The translations under genes were made by a program, and so were the position numbers. Below the pieces are notes generated by a model. The model had not been told where the DNA came from. It did no database searches and worked only from the letters and a program-made list of their open reading frames with translations. A stretch of 64,000 nt of DNA, taken from Clostridiales bacterium (GTDB lineage: Bacteria; Bacillota; Clostridia; Christensenellales; CAG-138). Shown piece after piece: positions 17,927-28,051 of the stretch (position 1 is the first letter of the stretch; each line of letters starts with the position of its first letter). The DNA is taken from positions 1,185 through 65,184 of the forward strand of contig CAKJYC010000004.1 of assembly GCA_918244965.1 (NCBI GenBank). The letters are read 5' to 3'.

Positions 17927-19168
17927 ATGGAGTATTCGCAATCAAACAAACCGAAAACCAAATCATCCGGAATACAGATGCGCAGATTGCTGATTTACTG
18001 GTCAGTCACGATCGCGATCGCGGTCTTTATTGCAGTCATGATCACGCGCGTTGCCGTCTGGAATGCCTTCCGGCACCAATACGGACAGGACGAAGGACAT
18101 CTTGTGTTCTCCGTACGCGAAGCGCGTGAAATCCTGCGACAGAACTATTTCTATTATGAAGAGGACGAACAGGCACTGACGGAAGCGGCGCTGAAGGGAA
18201 TTGCTGCGGCGACAGGGGACCGGTATGCCGAATACTACACGGCAGACGAATACGAAGAACTGCAGAAGCAGAACAGGCGCACTTTTGTCGGCATCGGCAT
18301 CCTCACGCAATACAGCGAAGAAAAGGGCGCTGTCGAGATCCTCGAAGTGTACGAAAACACACCTGCGAGCGAAGCGGGTCTCCTGCCCGGAGACATCATC
18401 ACGGAGATCAACGGCGTTGCGTATGACGGACAGATGCTCAATGACTTCCTGAACAGCATCCGCGCGGAGGACGGAGCAGAGAACACACTCGTGATTCGAC
18501 GCGGACAAGAGACGCTCAGCTTTCGGATCATCGCGCGCGAGGTGCATACACCCTCCGTTTCATATCGGATGCTGACCGATACGATCGGATACATTCATGT
18601 ACAGACCTTCCACGGCACTTGCGTAGAGGAGACGGAGAATGCGCTTGAAATACTCCGTGCAAAAGGGATGACGTCGCTGGTACTTGATCTCCGGGACAAT
18701 CTCGGCGGTTCGCTGTACGATGCAATAGATATCACGGATCTGTTTCTGCCGAAGGACAGCGTTGTTACGACGCTGCGCACAAGAAACGGCGAGGAGACGG
18801 TTTACAAGACGGAAAAGGGCAGCATTGACATCAAGACGGCGCTGCTGGTGAACGGAATGTCCGCATCGGCAAGCGAACTTGTCGCAGGCGCGATGAAGGA
18901 TCATGACGCTGCATATCTGATCGGCACAAAGACGTACGGCAAAGGGATCGTTCAGTCATTCTATCAGATCGGCGAAACCAAGGGCTGGATGAAGATCACG
19001 ACCGAAGCGTACTATACGCCGAACGGCGTCTGCGTGCAGGACAACGGAATTCAGCCGGACCTGTTTATCGAGCTGCCGGACGAGGCAAAACAGTATTCGA
19101 TCGACAACATTCCGACTGAACTGGACACGCAGCTTAAGGCTGCGATCGACTATCTGGAGGGCAACTGA
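17927..19168 (+). CDS. ctpA: S41 family carboxyl-terminal processing protease
   Basis: N-terminal TM, PDZ (GIGI, GLLPGD), DLRDNLGG, SASASE, GKGIVQ; start uncertain (17915, 17927 or later). Confidence 0.9.
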   Translation: MEYSQSNKPKTKSSGIQMRRLLIYWSVTIAIAVFIAVMITRVAVWNAFRHQYGQDEGHLVFSVREAREILRQNYFYYEEDEQALTEAALKGIAAATGDRYAEYYTADEYEELQKQNRRTFVGIGILTQYSEEKGAVEILEVYENTPASEAGLLPGDIITEINGVAYDGQMLNDFLNSIRAEDGAENTLVIRRGQETLSFRIIAREVHTPSVSYRMLTDTIGYIHVQTFHGTCVEETENALEILRAKGMTSLVLDLRDNLGGSLYDAIDITDLFLPKDSVVTTLRTRNGEETVYKTEKGSIDIKTALLVNGMSASASELVAGAMKDHDAAYLIGTKTYGKGIVQSFYQIGETKGWMKITTEAYYTPNGVCVQDNGIQPDLFIELPDEAKQYSIDNIPTELDTQLKAAIDYLEGN

Positions 19169-20418
19169 TGGAACAGAATTGTTTGATACGGGACCGGTCG
19201 TTGTATCCGTCCGGACTCGATAAAATCGAATGGGTCAGGCGCAACATGCGGCTTCTGAACGGGATCGAAGAACGGTTTCGCGCAGAACAACCGTTTACGG
19301 GACTGAAGATCGCGCTTTCCGTACACCTGGAAGCAAAGACGGCCTATCTCTGCAAGGTGCTGAAGGCAGGCGGCGCCGAAATGTTTGTGACGGGAAGCAA
19401 TCCGCTTTCGACACAGGACGATGTAGCGGCAGCGCTTGTTCAGGAAGGAATGTCCGTGTATGCTGTTCACGGCGCTTCGCCCGAACTGTACGACACATGC
19501 CTTCAACATGTGCTCGCATCGGAACCCGATATCATCATCGACGACGGCGGCGATCTCGTGACGATGCTACATACAAGGATGCCGCACCTGATTCCGAAGA
19601 TTCGCGGCGGCTGTGAGGAGACGACGACCGGCGTGCACCGACTTCTCGCCATGCAGAAGGACGGTTCGCTACGGTTCCCGATGTTCGATGTGAACGACGC
19701 ACAATGCAAGCATCTGTTTGATAACCGATACGGCACGGGTCAATCGGTGTTCGACGGAATTGACCGCACGACGAACCTGATCGTGGCGGGAAAAACCGTT
19801 GTGGTAGCCGGGTACGGCTGGTGCGGGCGCGGCGTCGCGATGCGTGCGAAGGGCTTAGGCGCGCGTGTCATCGTCACGGAAATTGACCCCGTCAAGGCGA
19901 TCGAGGCAGTCATGGACGGTTTCACAGTCATGCCGATGGCAGAAGCTGCGCCGATCGGAGACGTATTCATTACCGTCACCGGTATGTGCGACGTCGTTAC
20001 GACAGAGCATATGTCCCGAATGAAAAACGGCGTGCTGCTTTGCAATGCGGGGCATTTCGATGTGGAGATCGACGCAGCCGGTCTGAAACGGATCGCCGTC
20101 GAATCGCGGCAGATGAAGCCGAATATCACCGGGTACCGTCTTCCGAACGGCAACTGGCTGTATCTGCTTGCAGAAGGTCGACTTGTGAACCTTGCATCCG
20201 GCGACGGGCATCCGGCCGAAATCATGGATATGAGTTTTGCGATCCAGGCGCTCTGCGCAAGGGAACTTACAGTGAATCCGCCGAAGGAAGCGCGTGTGTA
20301 TGCCGTTCCGGAGGCAATAGACGCCTACGTTGCGAATGAAAAGCTGCGCAGCATCGGCGCCGGCATCGACGTTCTGAACGATTCGCAAAAAGAATATGCA
20401 AATTCTTGGAAAGTTTAG
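19168..20418 (+). CDS. ahcY: adenosylhomocysteinase
   Basis: HLEAKT, SNPLSTQD, DDGGD, EETTTG, KHLFDNRYGTGQS, GYGWCG, GRLVNL..GDGHP. Confidence 0.95.
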   Translation: MEQNCLIRDRSLYPSGLDKIEWVRRNMRLLNGIEERFRAEQPFTGLKIALSVHLEAKTAYLCKVLKAGGAEMFVTGSNPLSTQDDVAAALVQEGMSVYAVHGASPELYDTCLQHVLASEPDIIIDDGGDLVTMLHTRMPHLIPKIRGGCEETTTGVHRLLAMQKDGSLRFPMFDVNDAQCKHLFDNRYGTGQSVFDGIDRTTNLIVAGKTVVVAGYGWCGRGVAMRAKGLGARVIVTEIDPVKAIEAVMDGFTVMPMAEAAPIGDVFITVTGMCDVVTTEHMSRMKNGVLLCNAGHFDVEIDAAGLKRIAVESRQMKPNITGYRLPNGNWLYLLAEGRLVNLASGDGHPAEIMDMSFAIQALCARELTVNPPKEARVYAVPEAIDAYVANEKLRSIGAGIDVLNDSQKEYANSWKV

Positions 20419-20525
20419 GTTTACAGATTCATTTCTTTGTGTTATACTGAATTGATTAAATTGGGTTAATCCGTGTAGACGGATGCAATTTTGAACACAC
20501 ACAAATTCCAACAGGGGGAACACAC

Positions 20526-22583
20526 ATGAAATTGTACACGGCGAATGAGATTCGCAACATCGGCGTCTTCGGACACGGCGGCGAGGGCAAAACGACTTTG
20601 ACGGAAGCTATGCTGTATAACGCAGGGCTTGTCGACCGCTTCCCGAACAATGCACCCACGACGGACTTCGATCCTGAGGAGATCAAGCGTTCCATCTCGA
20701 TCAACATGGCGCTTGCACCCTTGGAGTGGAAGAACACCAAGATCAACCTGATCGACGCGCCCGGCTTCTTTGATTTTTATGGCGAAGTGACGGCTGCAAT
20801 GGCGCTTTGCGATGCAGCGCTGATCGTGATCAGCGCGGTTTCCGGTCCGGCAGTCGGCGCGGAAAAGACCATGGCGATGTGCAAGGAACAGCACAAGGCG
20901 CGCATGATGGTCATCAACCAGATGGATCGCGACAACGCGAACTTTGAGAAGGCCATGCAGGCTGTCAACGAAAAGTTCGGTGTCAACGTCGTTCCGATCC
21001 AGCTGCCTATTATGCAGGGCAACGTCTTCAAAGGCTACGTCGATATCGTCAACATGACGGCAAAGATGTTCGAAGGCAAGGGCGAAAAGGAAGTCCCGAT
21101 TCCCTCCAATCTCGAATCCGAAGCGCAGGAGCTTTATGAGAAGCTGACCGAAGCGGCGGCCGAAGCGGATGAAGATCTCATGATGGAATATCTTGAGACG
21201 ATGGAGCTTTCCCGTGAGCAGATCCTGATGGGTCTCTCCAAGGGCGTGCTGGACGGCGATATCACGCCCGTCTGCTGCACCTCCGCGCTCAACAACATCG
21301 GCGTCACCACGCTGCTCGACAACATTCTGCACTATCTGCCCACGGCGGCGGATGCGAAGCTCCCGAAGGCGTTCAAGGGCGGTCAGGAGATCGAGCTCAC
21401 CCGTGACGGCAAGATGGTTTGCCACATCTACAAGACGGTCAACGACCAGTTCGGCAAGTACAGCATCGTGAAGGTCCATCGCGGCACACTCGACGGCGGT
21501 GTTTCCCTGTTCAATGCGAATCAGGAGAAATCCGAGAAGCCCACGGCGCCCGTCATGCTGCGCGGCAAGAAGACCATTGCGGTCGATAAGCTGCATGCAG
21601 GCGATATCGGTGCGATCCCGAAGCTGCAGCTGTCCAACACCAATGAAACGCTTTGCGACGCAAGCGACGTCGTGACCGTGGAGCAGGTCAAGTTCCCGGA
21701 ACCCTGCATCGGTCTCGCAGTCACCGCAAAGAAGCAGGGTGAAGAGGATAAGGTCATCGGCGGCCTCAACAAGCTGCTGGAAGAGGATCCGACCATTGCG
21801 ATCGAAAAGAATGCAGAGACCGGTGACGTCCTGCTGAAAGGCCTCGGCGAAATGCATCTGGATGTGACCTGCGCGAAGATCCGCAACAAGAGCAACGTTG
21901 AAGCGCAGCTCAACGATCCGCGCATTCCGTACCGTGAGACGATCCGCTCCACGGCGGAAGCGGAAGGCAAGCATAAGAAGCAGTCCGGCGGCAGCGGTCA
22001 GTTCGGCGTCGTCCAGATGCGGTTTGAGCCGGCACCCGAAGGTGTTGACTTCGAGTTTGTCAACGCGATCGTCGGCGGTGTTGTTCCGAAAGAATACATC
22101 CCGGCAGTTGAAAAGGGCCTGCGTGAAGCGATGCTTCACGGCGTCCTGGCCGGCTATCCGATGGTCGGCATCAAGGCAACGCTGTACGACGGCAAGTATC
22201 ATCCGGTCGATTCTAAGGAAGTCGCGTTCAAGAGCGCAGCAAGACTGTCCTATAAGGCGGCATGCGTGAAGGCGAGCCCCGCTCTGACCGAGCCGATCTA
22301 CACCTACTACATCTGGGTCCCGAACGAGAACGTCGGTGACATCATGGGCGACCTCAGCCGCCGCCGCGGCAGAATGCTCGGTATGACGCCGCATAACGGC
22401 GGCACCGAGATCGTCGCGGAAGCGCCGTTTTCCGAGATGTTCAAGTATGCGACCGACCTGCGTTCCATGACACAGGCGCGCGGCTCCTTCCGCAGCGAGT
22501 TCACCCGTTACGAGGATGTTCCCGCCGAGCAGGCGAAGAAGATCATCGAGCAGGCGAAGCGCGAGGACGAGGAAGAAGAATAA
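20526..22583 (+). CDS. fusA2: elongation factor G paralog (EF-G2/FusA2 type), stand-alone
   Basis: GHGGEGKTT, RSISI, DAPG, GLGEMHL, YRETI, KKQSGGSGQFG, LRSMTQARG; not in an rpsL-rpsG-tuf context. Confidence 0.9.
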   Translation: MKLYTANEIRNIGVFGHGGEGKTTLTEAMLYNAGLVDRFPNNAPTTDFDPEEIKRSISINMALAPLEWKNTKINLIDAPGFFDFYGEVTAAMALCDAALIVISAVSGPAVGAEKTMAMCKEQHKARMMVINQMDRDNANFEKAMQAVNEKFGVNVVPIQLPIMQGNVFKGYVDIVNMTAKMFEGKGEKEVPIPSNLESEAQELYEKLTEAAAEADEDLMMEYLETMELSREQILMGLSKGVLDGDITPVCCTSALNNIGVTTLLDNILHYLPTAADAKLPKAFKGGQEIELTRDGKMVCHIYKTVNDQFGKYSIVKVHRGTLDGGVSLFNANQEKSEKPTAPVMLRGKKTIAVDKLHAGDIGAIPKLQLSNTNETLCDASDVVTVEQVKFPEPCIGLAVTAKKQGEEDKVIGGLNKLLEEDPTIAIEKNAETGDVLLKGLGEMHLDVTCAKIRNKSNVEAQLNDPRIPYRETIRSTAEAEGKHKKQSGGSGQFGVVQMRFEPAPEGVDFEFVNAIVGGVVPKEYIPAVEKGLREAMLHGVLAGYPMVGIKATLYDGKYHPVDSKEVAFKSAARLSYKAACVKASPALTEPIYTYYIWVPNENVGDIMGDLSRRRGRMLGMTPHNGGTEIVAEAPFSEMFKYATDLRSMTQARGSFRSEFTRYEDVPAEQAKKIIEQAKREDEEEE

Positions 22584-22597
22584 TTCCGAAAGGATCA

Positions 22598-22626
22598 GGG
22601 AGCGCATCATGCGCTCCCGGTTTTTT
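22598..22626 (+). terminator. intrinsic terminator after fusA2
   Basis: gggagcgc-atcat-gcgctccc followed by ggtttttt. Confidence 0.8.
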
Positions 22627-22628
22627 AT

Positions 22629-23174
22629 ATGGAAAAGCAGTTTCAATGCAGCAAAGACACTCTGAAAAAGGCGCGAACCACGTTTCTGTTCTATGCGATA
22701 GGACTGCTTGTCCTTGGCATTCTGTTCTCCCTGCCGTTCTTATTGGGAAAGCAGAACAGGCTTGTATGGAATATTGTCATTTATGCACTGCTTGCCGCCT
22801 TTTTCATTTATCAGGGATACCGTTCTTTCCGCGTGCTTCGTTCGCTGCAGCATTCCGTTATTCAGACAGACGGTGTGACCGTTTCGGGGATCCATACAGA
22901 GGACCCGTTTCAAAAGGGCATTCCGTTTGAGATCTGCGTAAAGGATATCACCGGAGTCGATGAAACAGTTACAATGACAAAGAAAACAGATGACGTCGGG
23001 GATCATCGGCGCACACTGTGCCGAACGCCGTTTGAATCGTCGACGGTGCAAGGATACCGGTCCTTTCGCATAGAGACCGGGAACGTTTCTTATACCCTCT
23101 TTGGAATCGAATTGACAGATGAGATCAAGAACGTACTTATGACAGAGTCAAGTGAAATAAACCGGCGAGATTGA
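22629..23174 (+). CDS. hypothetical membrane protein (two N-terminal TM helices)
   Basis: 181-aa ORF filling the gap between fusA2 and uvrC; two hydrophobic segments; no clear SD. Confidence 0.6.
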   Translation: MEKQFQCSKDTLKKARTTFLFYAIGLLVLGILFSLPFLLGKQNRLVWNIVIYALLAAFFIYQGYRSFRVLRSLQHSVIQTDGVTVSGIHTEDPFQKGIPFEICVKDITGVDETVTMTKKTDDVGDHRRTLCRTPFESSTVQGYRSFRIETGNVSYTLFGIELTDEIKNVLMTESSEINRRD

Positions 23175-23183
23175 ATCGCCGGT

Positions 23184-25004
23184 TTATTCATGATCCGGAT
23201 GGAAGTATTGGTAGACAGATCGGGCAGCCGCCGCAGTCATACCTTTTACTGCCGAAAGCTCTTCGACGCTTGCCGCTTTGATCGACTCAACTGTGAGAAA
23301 TGCATCGAACAATGCGCGCTTGCGTTTCTCTCCGACGCCGCCAATCGAATCGAGAATGGAATACAACGCGCTTTTGCTGCGGAGATTCCGGTGATATGAG
23401 ATCGCAAAACGGTGCGCTTCGTCGCGCAGACGTTCGATCAGATGTAAGGGAGCGCTGCTTTTCGGCAAAACGATAGGCTCGTCGCGGTCCGGAAGATAGA
23501 TCAGCTCATCGGATTCCGCAAGCGAACAGATCGGGATATGTGTCAGGTTCAGCTTCTGCAGCACGTCAACGCCGACCGCAAGCTGCGTTTTACCGCCGTC
23601 GAGGATCAGAAGATCCGGCAGCTCGCCTTGCGAAGAAAGGCGTCGCGTCAGCACCTCTTGCATGGCAAGAAGATCGTCGCCGCCGGCGTCCGTCCGAATC
23701 CGGAAATGCCGGTATGCCGTTTTGTCCGGTTTGCCGTCACGGAACACGACCATGGAAGCGACGGTATTGGTCCCCATCAGATGTGAGTTGTCGAAGCATT
23801 CGACACGGGACGGGATTTCATCGAGACATAGGATAGCTGACAGTTCTGCCAACGCGCCTTCGCCGCGTTCCCATGTGCGCATCTGGATTTTTTCGTTCTT
23901 TTCAAGCAGCGCTGTGCAGTTCTGCACGGCCATGTCCGTCAGTTGATGCTTGGTCCCTCGCACCGGAACGGCAACGGAAACTGCACGTTTCCGTTTGCTC
24001 CGCAGCCATTCTTCAATTTCCGGCATGTCCGTGCACGCCTCGGCAAGCAATACGAGCGGAGGGATCTCGATACCGTCGTTGCCGTAATACTGCAACAGGA
24101 AGGCATGCAGCCACTGCGCCGGATCGTCATCGCCGTCGCCTTCAAGCGGGAACGCGTGCGTACCGATCACCTTTCCGCCGCGGACATACAGCGAGAACAC
24201 CATGCGATATCCGTTGCGCGAACCGATGGCAAACACGTCCGCACATAAATCGTTCGCGCTGATCGCTGCCTGCTTTTCGCGCAGGGCAAGCGTCGCTTTC
24301 AGCTTATCGCGAAGCAATGCGGCGCGTTCAAAGTCCATCGCTTCCGATGCTTCTTCCATTTTCTCTTTCAGGTAGGGGATCAGATCGCCGCTTTTTCCGT
24401 TTAACATGCGAATTGCATCATTCAGATAGACGTGATACTGCTCCCGCGTGATTTCACCGCTGCAAGGCGCACAGCATTTCCCGACATGATACAACAGGCA
24501 GGGACGTTCGTTTCTTGCACGCATGGATGCGATGCTCTTTTTGCAATGCCGCAGGGGGAACAGATCATACACAAGCCGCAGCTCCTCCTGTACGGACGGA
24601 CCGACAATATAAGGACCGAGATAGGTCGCGCCATCGGGCTTGACACGGCGCACGATCTCGATACGCGGGAAATCCTGCTTCATGTCGATGCGGAAATACG
24701 GGAAATGTTTGTCATCCTTCAAGAGAATGTTGTACTTCGGCATGAATTCTTTGATCAGATTGCTTTCAAGGGACAGCGCTTCAACCTCGCTGTGCACTTC
24801 GATCGTTTCAAAATCCGCAATGTGCGAGACCATAGCACGAACCTTCGGCGAATGGTTTTTGGACGACTGAAAATACTGCCGGACACGGTTCTTGAGAATC
24901 TTTGCCTTTCCGACATAGATGACCGTACCGGTCTCGTCCAGCATTTTATAGACGCCCGGCTTTTCCGGCAGCAATGCAATTTTATCTTCCAGTACGGTAT
25001 TCAT
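23184..25004 (-). CDS. uvrC: excinuclease ABC subunit C
   Basis: PGVY..YVGKAK GIY-YIG, FERAA.LRD UVR domain, ECFDNSH, LDGGKTQ, RDEAHRFA, HhH; ATG 25004. Confidence 0.95.
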   Translation of the reverse strand: MNTVLEDKIALLPEKPGVYKMLDETGTVIYVGKAKILKNRVRQYFQSSKNHSPKVRAMVSHIADFETIEVHSEVEALSLESNLIKEFMPKYNILLKDDKHFPYFRIDMKQDFPRIEIVRRVKPDGATYLGPYIVGPSVQEELRLVYDLFPLRHCKKSIASMRARNERPCLLYHVGKCCAPCSGEITREQYHVYLNDAIRMLNGKSGDLIPYLKEKMEEASEAMDFERAALLRDKLKATLALREKQAAISANDLCADVFAIGSRNGYRMVFSLYVRGGKVIGTHAFPLEGDGDDDPAQWLHAFLLQYYGNDGIEIPPLVLLAEACTDMPEIEEWLRSKRKRAVSVAVPVRGTKHQLTDMAVQNCTALLEKNEKIQMRTWERGEGALAELSAILCLDEIPSRVECFDNSHLMGTNTVASMVVFRDGKPDKTAYRHFRIRTDAGGDDLLAMQEVLTRRLSSQGELPDLLILDGGKTQLAVGVDVLQKLNLTHIPICSLAESDELIYLPDRDEPIVLPKSSAPLHLIERLRDEAHRFAISYHRNLRSKSALYSILDSIGGVGEKRKRALFDAFLTVESIKAASVEELSAVKGMTAAAARSVYQYFHPDHE

Positions 25005-25576
25005 GTACGGTCCTGTGTGATCGCGCCGGCCTGCAGCAGCATCTCGTACAGAACGGGGGCGGGGAGGCCGACGACATTGAAATAGTTTCCTTCCACAGAT
25101 TCGACAAATACACAGCCGAGGCCCTGTACGCCGTAGGAGCCGGCTTTGTCGAGCGGATCGCCCGTTGAGACGTACCAACGGATCTCCGCATCTGTCATCG
25201 GGCGAAACTTTACCTTTGTGGTGACACAGCGCACATCCGAATAGCCGTTTTTCAGAACAGCGAGCCCGGTGTAGACCGTATGTGATCGTCCCTGCATGCG
25301 ATGAAGCGTGCGGATCGCATCGTCGGGAGACGCAGGCTTTCCGATGATCTCACCGTCTAAATCAACCACTGTGTCAGCGCCGATCACGCATGCGTCCGGA
25401 TGCAGATGCAGTGCATACGCCGCCTTCTGAGCAGCGAGATGCTCGACCGTTTCCGGAACAGAAAGTCCTGCCGGAACAAGTTCCGGTTCTGTACAGACCT
25501 CCGTTTGAAAATGCAGTCCCATGAACGCCATGATTTCATGGCGGCGAGGCGATTGCGAAGCCAGAATCAGTTCCAT
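25001..25576 (-). CDS. maf: Maf family nucleotide pyrophosphatase
   Basis: ILASQSPRR, IGADTVV, DKAGSYG, NVVGLP. Confidence 0.92.
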   Translation of the reverse strand: MELILASQSPRRHEIMAFMGLHFQTEVCTEPELVPAGLSVPETVEHLAAQKAAYALHLHPDACVIGADTVVDLDGEIIGKPASPDDAIRTLHRMQGRSHTVYTGLAVLKNGYSDVRCVTTKVKFRPMTDAEIRWYVSTGDPLDKAGSYGVQGLGCVFVESVEGNYFNVVGLPAPVLYEMLLQAGAITQDRT

Positions 25577-26331
25577 GTTCCCTCCCACAGCAGTCCGACG
25601 GGACAGTGATCGCTGCCCTGTACATCGGAATAGATCATTGCGTCCTTGATGCGGCAGGCATCCTGTTTGCGGACGAGGAAATAGTCAATGCGCCATCCGG
25701 CGTTCCGTTCCCGCGCGCGGAAGCGATAGCTCCACCACGAATACGCGTCCTTTCGATCCGGATAGAGTGCGCGGAAAGAGTCCGCAAAACCGGCTTCAAG
25801 AAGCGCGCCGAACATGGCACGCTCTTCGTCGGAGAAACCGGCATTGCCGCGATTCTGCGCGGGATTCTTGAGGTCGATCTCGCGATGCGCAACATTCAGA
25901 TCGCCGCAGTAAATCACCGGACCTTTTTCGGCAAGTTCACAAAGGTATGCGCGGATCGCGGCTTCCCAAGCGGTCCGGAACGGCAGCCGCTTCAGTTCAT
26001 CCTGGGCGTTCGGAACGTATGCGGTCACAAACGTGAAGGACGGATAGAAAAGCGTGATCGTGCGCCCCTCGGAATCGAACCGGTCATCGCCGATCCCGAA
26101 GCAAACCTCGGTCGGTTGCCGCTTTGTATAAACCGCAGTCCCGGAGTAACCCTTTTTCTGCGCGCTGCAGTAGTAGGTCAGGTATCCTTCCGGCGCATAG
26201 TCAAGCTGTTCCGGCTGTGCCTTGGTTTCCTGCAGCGCAATGATATCCGGCGATTCCTTTTGCAGAAAATCGTCGAATCCCTTCTGAAGACAGGCACGAA
26301 GCCCGTTGACATTCCAACTGATCAGTTTCAT
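25567..26331 (-). CDS. xth: exodeoxyribonuclease III / AP endonuclease
   Basis: SWNVNGLRA, LQETK, GDLNVAH, GWRIDYF, SDHCP. Confidence 0.95.
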   Translation of the reverse strand: MKLISWNVNGLRACLQKGFDDFLQKESPDIIALQETKAQPEQLDYAPEGYLTYYCSAQKKGYSGTAVYTKRQPTEVCFGIGDDRFDSEGRTITLFYPSFTFVTAYVPNAQDELKRLPFRTAWEAAIRAYLCELAEKGPVIYCGDLNVAHREIDLKNPAQNRGNAGFSDEERAMFGALLEAGFADSFRALYPDRKDAYSWWSYRFRARERNAGWRIDYFLVRKQDACRIKDAMIYSDVQGSDHCPVGLLWEGTWN

Positions 26332-26337
26332 CAATCT

Positions 26338-26388
26338 ATTATATAAAACATTTCAGGTGTTGACAAGACCAAAGATAAATGATAGCAT
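26338..26388. promoter_or_regulatory. overlapping divergent sigma-A promoters (xth operon and Crp/Fnr operon)
   Basis: Minus: TTGTCA(26366-26361)-17-TATAAT(26343-26338); plus: TTGACA(26360-26365)-17-TAGCAT(26383-26388) with TG extension. Confidence 0.7.
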
Positions 26389-26421
26389 ATCTGTATCAAA
26401 TGAAACGGAAGTGAATGGATT

Positions 26422-27081
26422 TTGAGTACACTGTTGAATGCGTCAAGATACGCAAGACAACTTGGCGGCACGGTCCTGTTCTCCGGCGTTTCAGAGGACA
26501 AGATTCGCGCGTGGCTGATCCGCGCCGAAGTGACGGTTGCGGAATACGAAATCGGGGAATACCTGTTTACAAGAAACGATAAGGACGTTCGACTCGGTAT
26601 TTTGCTGCGAGGGGCGGCAGAGGTACGACGGGAAAGCGCAGACGGCGTCATGCACATGAGCGTACTGAATCGCAACGATCTGTTCGGAGCCGCTTCGCTG
26701 TTCGGAAACGATCATCCGTATGTTACCGATATCCGCTGCATTAAGCGTGTACGTGTGATGATCATCAGCGAGGACGCGCTTTTGGAGCTTCTCTCCGAAA
26801 GCAAGACGGTCCTGCGGAATTACCTGTCCTATTTGAACAGCCGTATTCGTTTTCTCAATCGTCGCCTGGACGCGTTTTCCAAAAACACCGTCACGGCACG
26901 CGTGATGACATTCCTTTCCGGTGAAGCAATCGACCGTGTCGTTTGCGTAGGCAGTATGACGAAGCTGTCGGAAGCATTGTGCGTCAGCCGCGCAACGCTG
27001 TATCGGGCATTGGAATCGCTCGAAAGCACGCACAAAATCCGCAGGAGCGGAAAAGAAATCATCTTATTGGAGGATATGTAA
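26422..27081 (+). CDS. Crp/Fnr family transcriptional regulator
   Basis: cNMP-binding-like domain (GILLRG, DLFGAASLF) and C-terminal HTH (VSRATLYRAL); TTG start. Confidence 0.85.
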   Translation: MSTLLNASRYARQLGGTVLFSGVSEDKIRAWLIRAEVTVAEYEIGEYLFTRNDKDVRLGILLRGAAEVRRESADGVMHMSVLNRNDLFGAASLFGNDHPYVTDIRCIKRVRVMIISEDALLELLSESKTVLRNYLSYLNSRIRFLNRRLDAFSKNTVTARVMTFLSGEAIDRVVCVGSMTKLSEALCVSRATLYRALESLESTHKIRRSGKEIILLEDM

Positions 27082-27082
27082 C

Positions 27083-28051
27083 TTGAAAAAAATCGCTTTG
27101 ATCTGTCTGTCTCTCGTTATGATGCTGACAGCATTTGCATGCGGCAAAACACAGACAGCCGAACAGCCTGTTCCCGAAGAACCCGTGCGCGTCGCGGCGC
27201 TTGCCGGTCCGACCGGCATGGGCCTTGCTTATATGATGCAGGACATGCAGGACCGGTATTCCGTTGAGCTGTTTACCGCACCCGATCAGGTGACGGCAAA
27301 GATCGTCAACGGTGAAGTCGATATTGCAGCCGTCCCGGTCAACCTCGCATCTGTTCTGTATACGAAAACGGAGGGGAACGTGAATGTGATCGCGATCAAT
27401 ACGCTCGGTGTACTGTATCTGCTTGAAACCGGCAATTCGATCAATTCGATCGCGGACCTCGCCGGAAAGACTGTTTATGCCACCGGTCAGGGAAGCACGC
27501 CGGAATACATTCTGCAGTATCTGCTTGACGCGAACGGACTGACCGATCAGGTCGCTGTCGAATACATTGCGGACAATTCCGCGCTGATCGCCATGCTGGC
27601 AGACGGTAGTGCCGAGATCGCGCTGCTTCCGGAGCCGCACGTTTCGGTTGCCTGTGCACAGAATCAGAATGTTCGCGTTGCGTTGAAGGTCAACGACCTT
27701 TGGAGCGAAAAGAACGACACGCAGCTGGTGCAGGGTGTGTATATCGTTCGTACGGATTACCTCAAGAACCACAAAACGCAGGTCGATGCGTTCCTGAAGG
27801 ATGCAAAGGAATCCGCGCAGAAGGTCGTGACTGAGGCTGACGCCGCAGCAGTTATCGCCGCGCAGGGGATCATCGGGAAGGAAGCGATCGCCAAGCGTGC
27901 GATCCCGAACTGCAACATCACCTTGCTGACCGGAGCCGAGATGAAAGCGAACGTGCTCGCAATGCTGACGGTGCTGTTCAACGCAAATCCGAAATCCGTT
28001 GGCGGCAAGCTGCCTGCAGACGATTTCTATTATGAGGCGAATCCTTCGTAA
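27083..28051 (+). CDS. ABC transporter substrate-binding lipoprotein (NitT/TauT-like)
   Basis: Lipobox AFAC, ALAGPTGMG, GQGSTPEY, LPEP; TTG start after GGAGG. Confidence 0.85.
   Translation: MKKIALICLSLVMMLTAFACGKTQTAEQPVPEEPVRVAALAGPTGMGLAYMMQDMQDRYSVELFTAPDQVTAKIVNGEVDIAAVPVNLASVLYTKTEGNVNVIAINTLGVLYLLETGNSINSIADLAGKTVYATGQGSTPEYILQYLLDANGLTDQVAVEYIADNSALIAMLADGSAEIALLPEPHVSVACAQNQNVRVALKVNDLWSEKNDTQLVQGVYIVRTDYLKNHKTQVDAFLKDAKESAQKVVTEADAAAVIAAQGIIGKEAIAKRAIPNCNITLLTGAEMKANVLAMLTVLFNANPKSVGGKLPADDFYYEANPS

Noticed and set aside
20466-22646. 726-aa minus-strand ORF opposite fusA2
   Set aside because: Antisense shadow of a codon-biased gene; no motifs, and fully overlaps a clear EF-G homolog.
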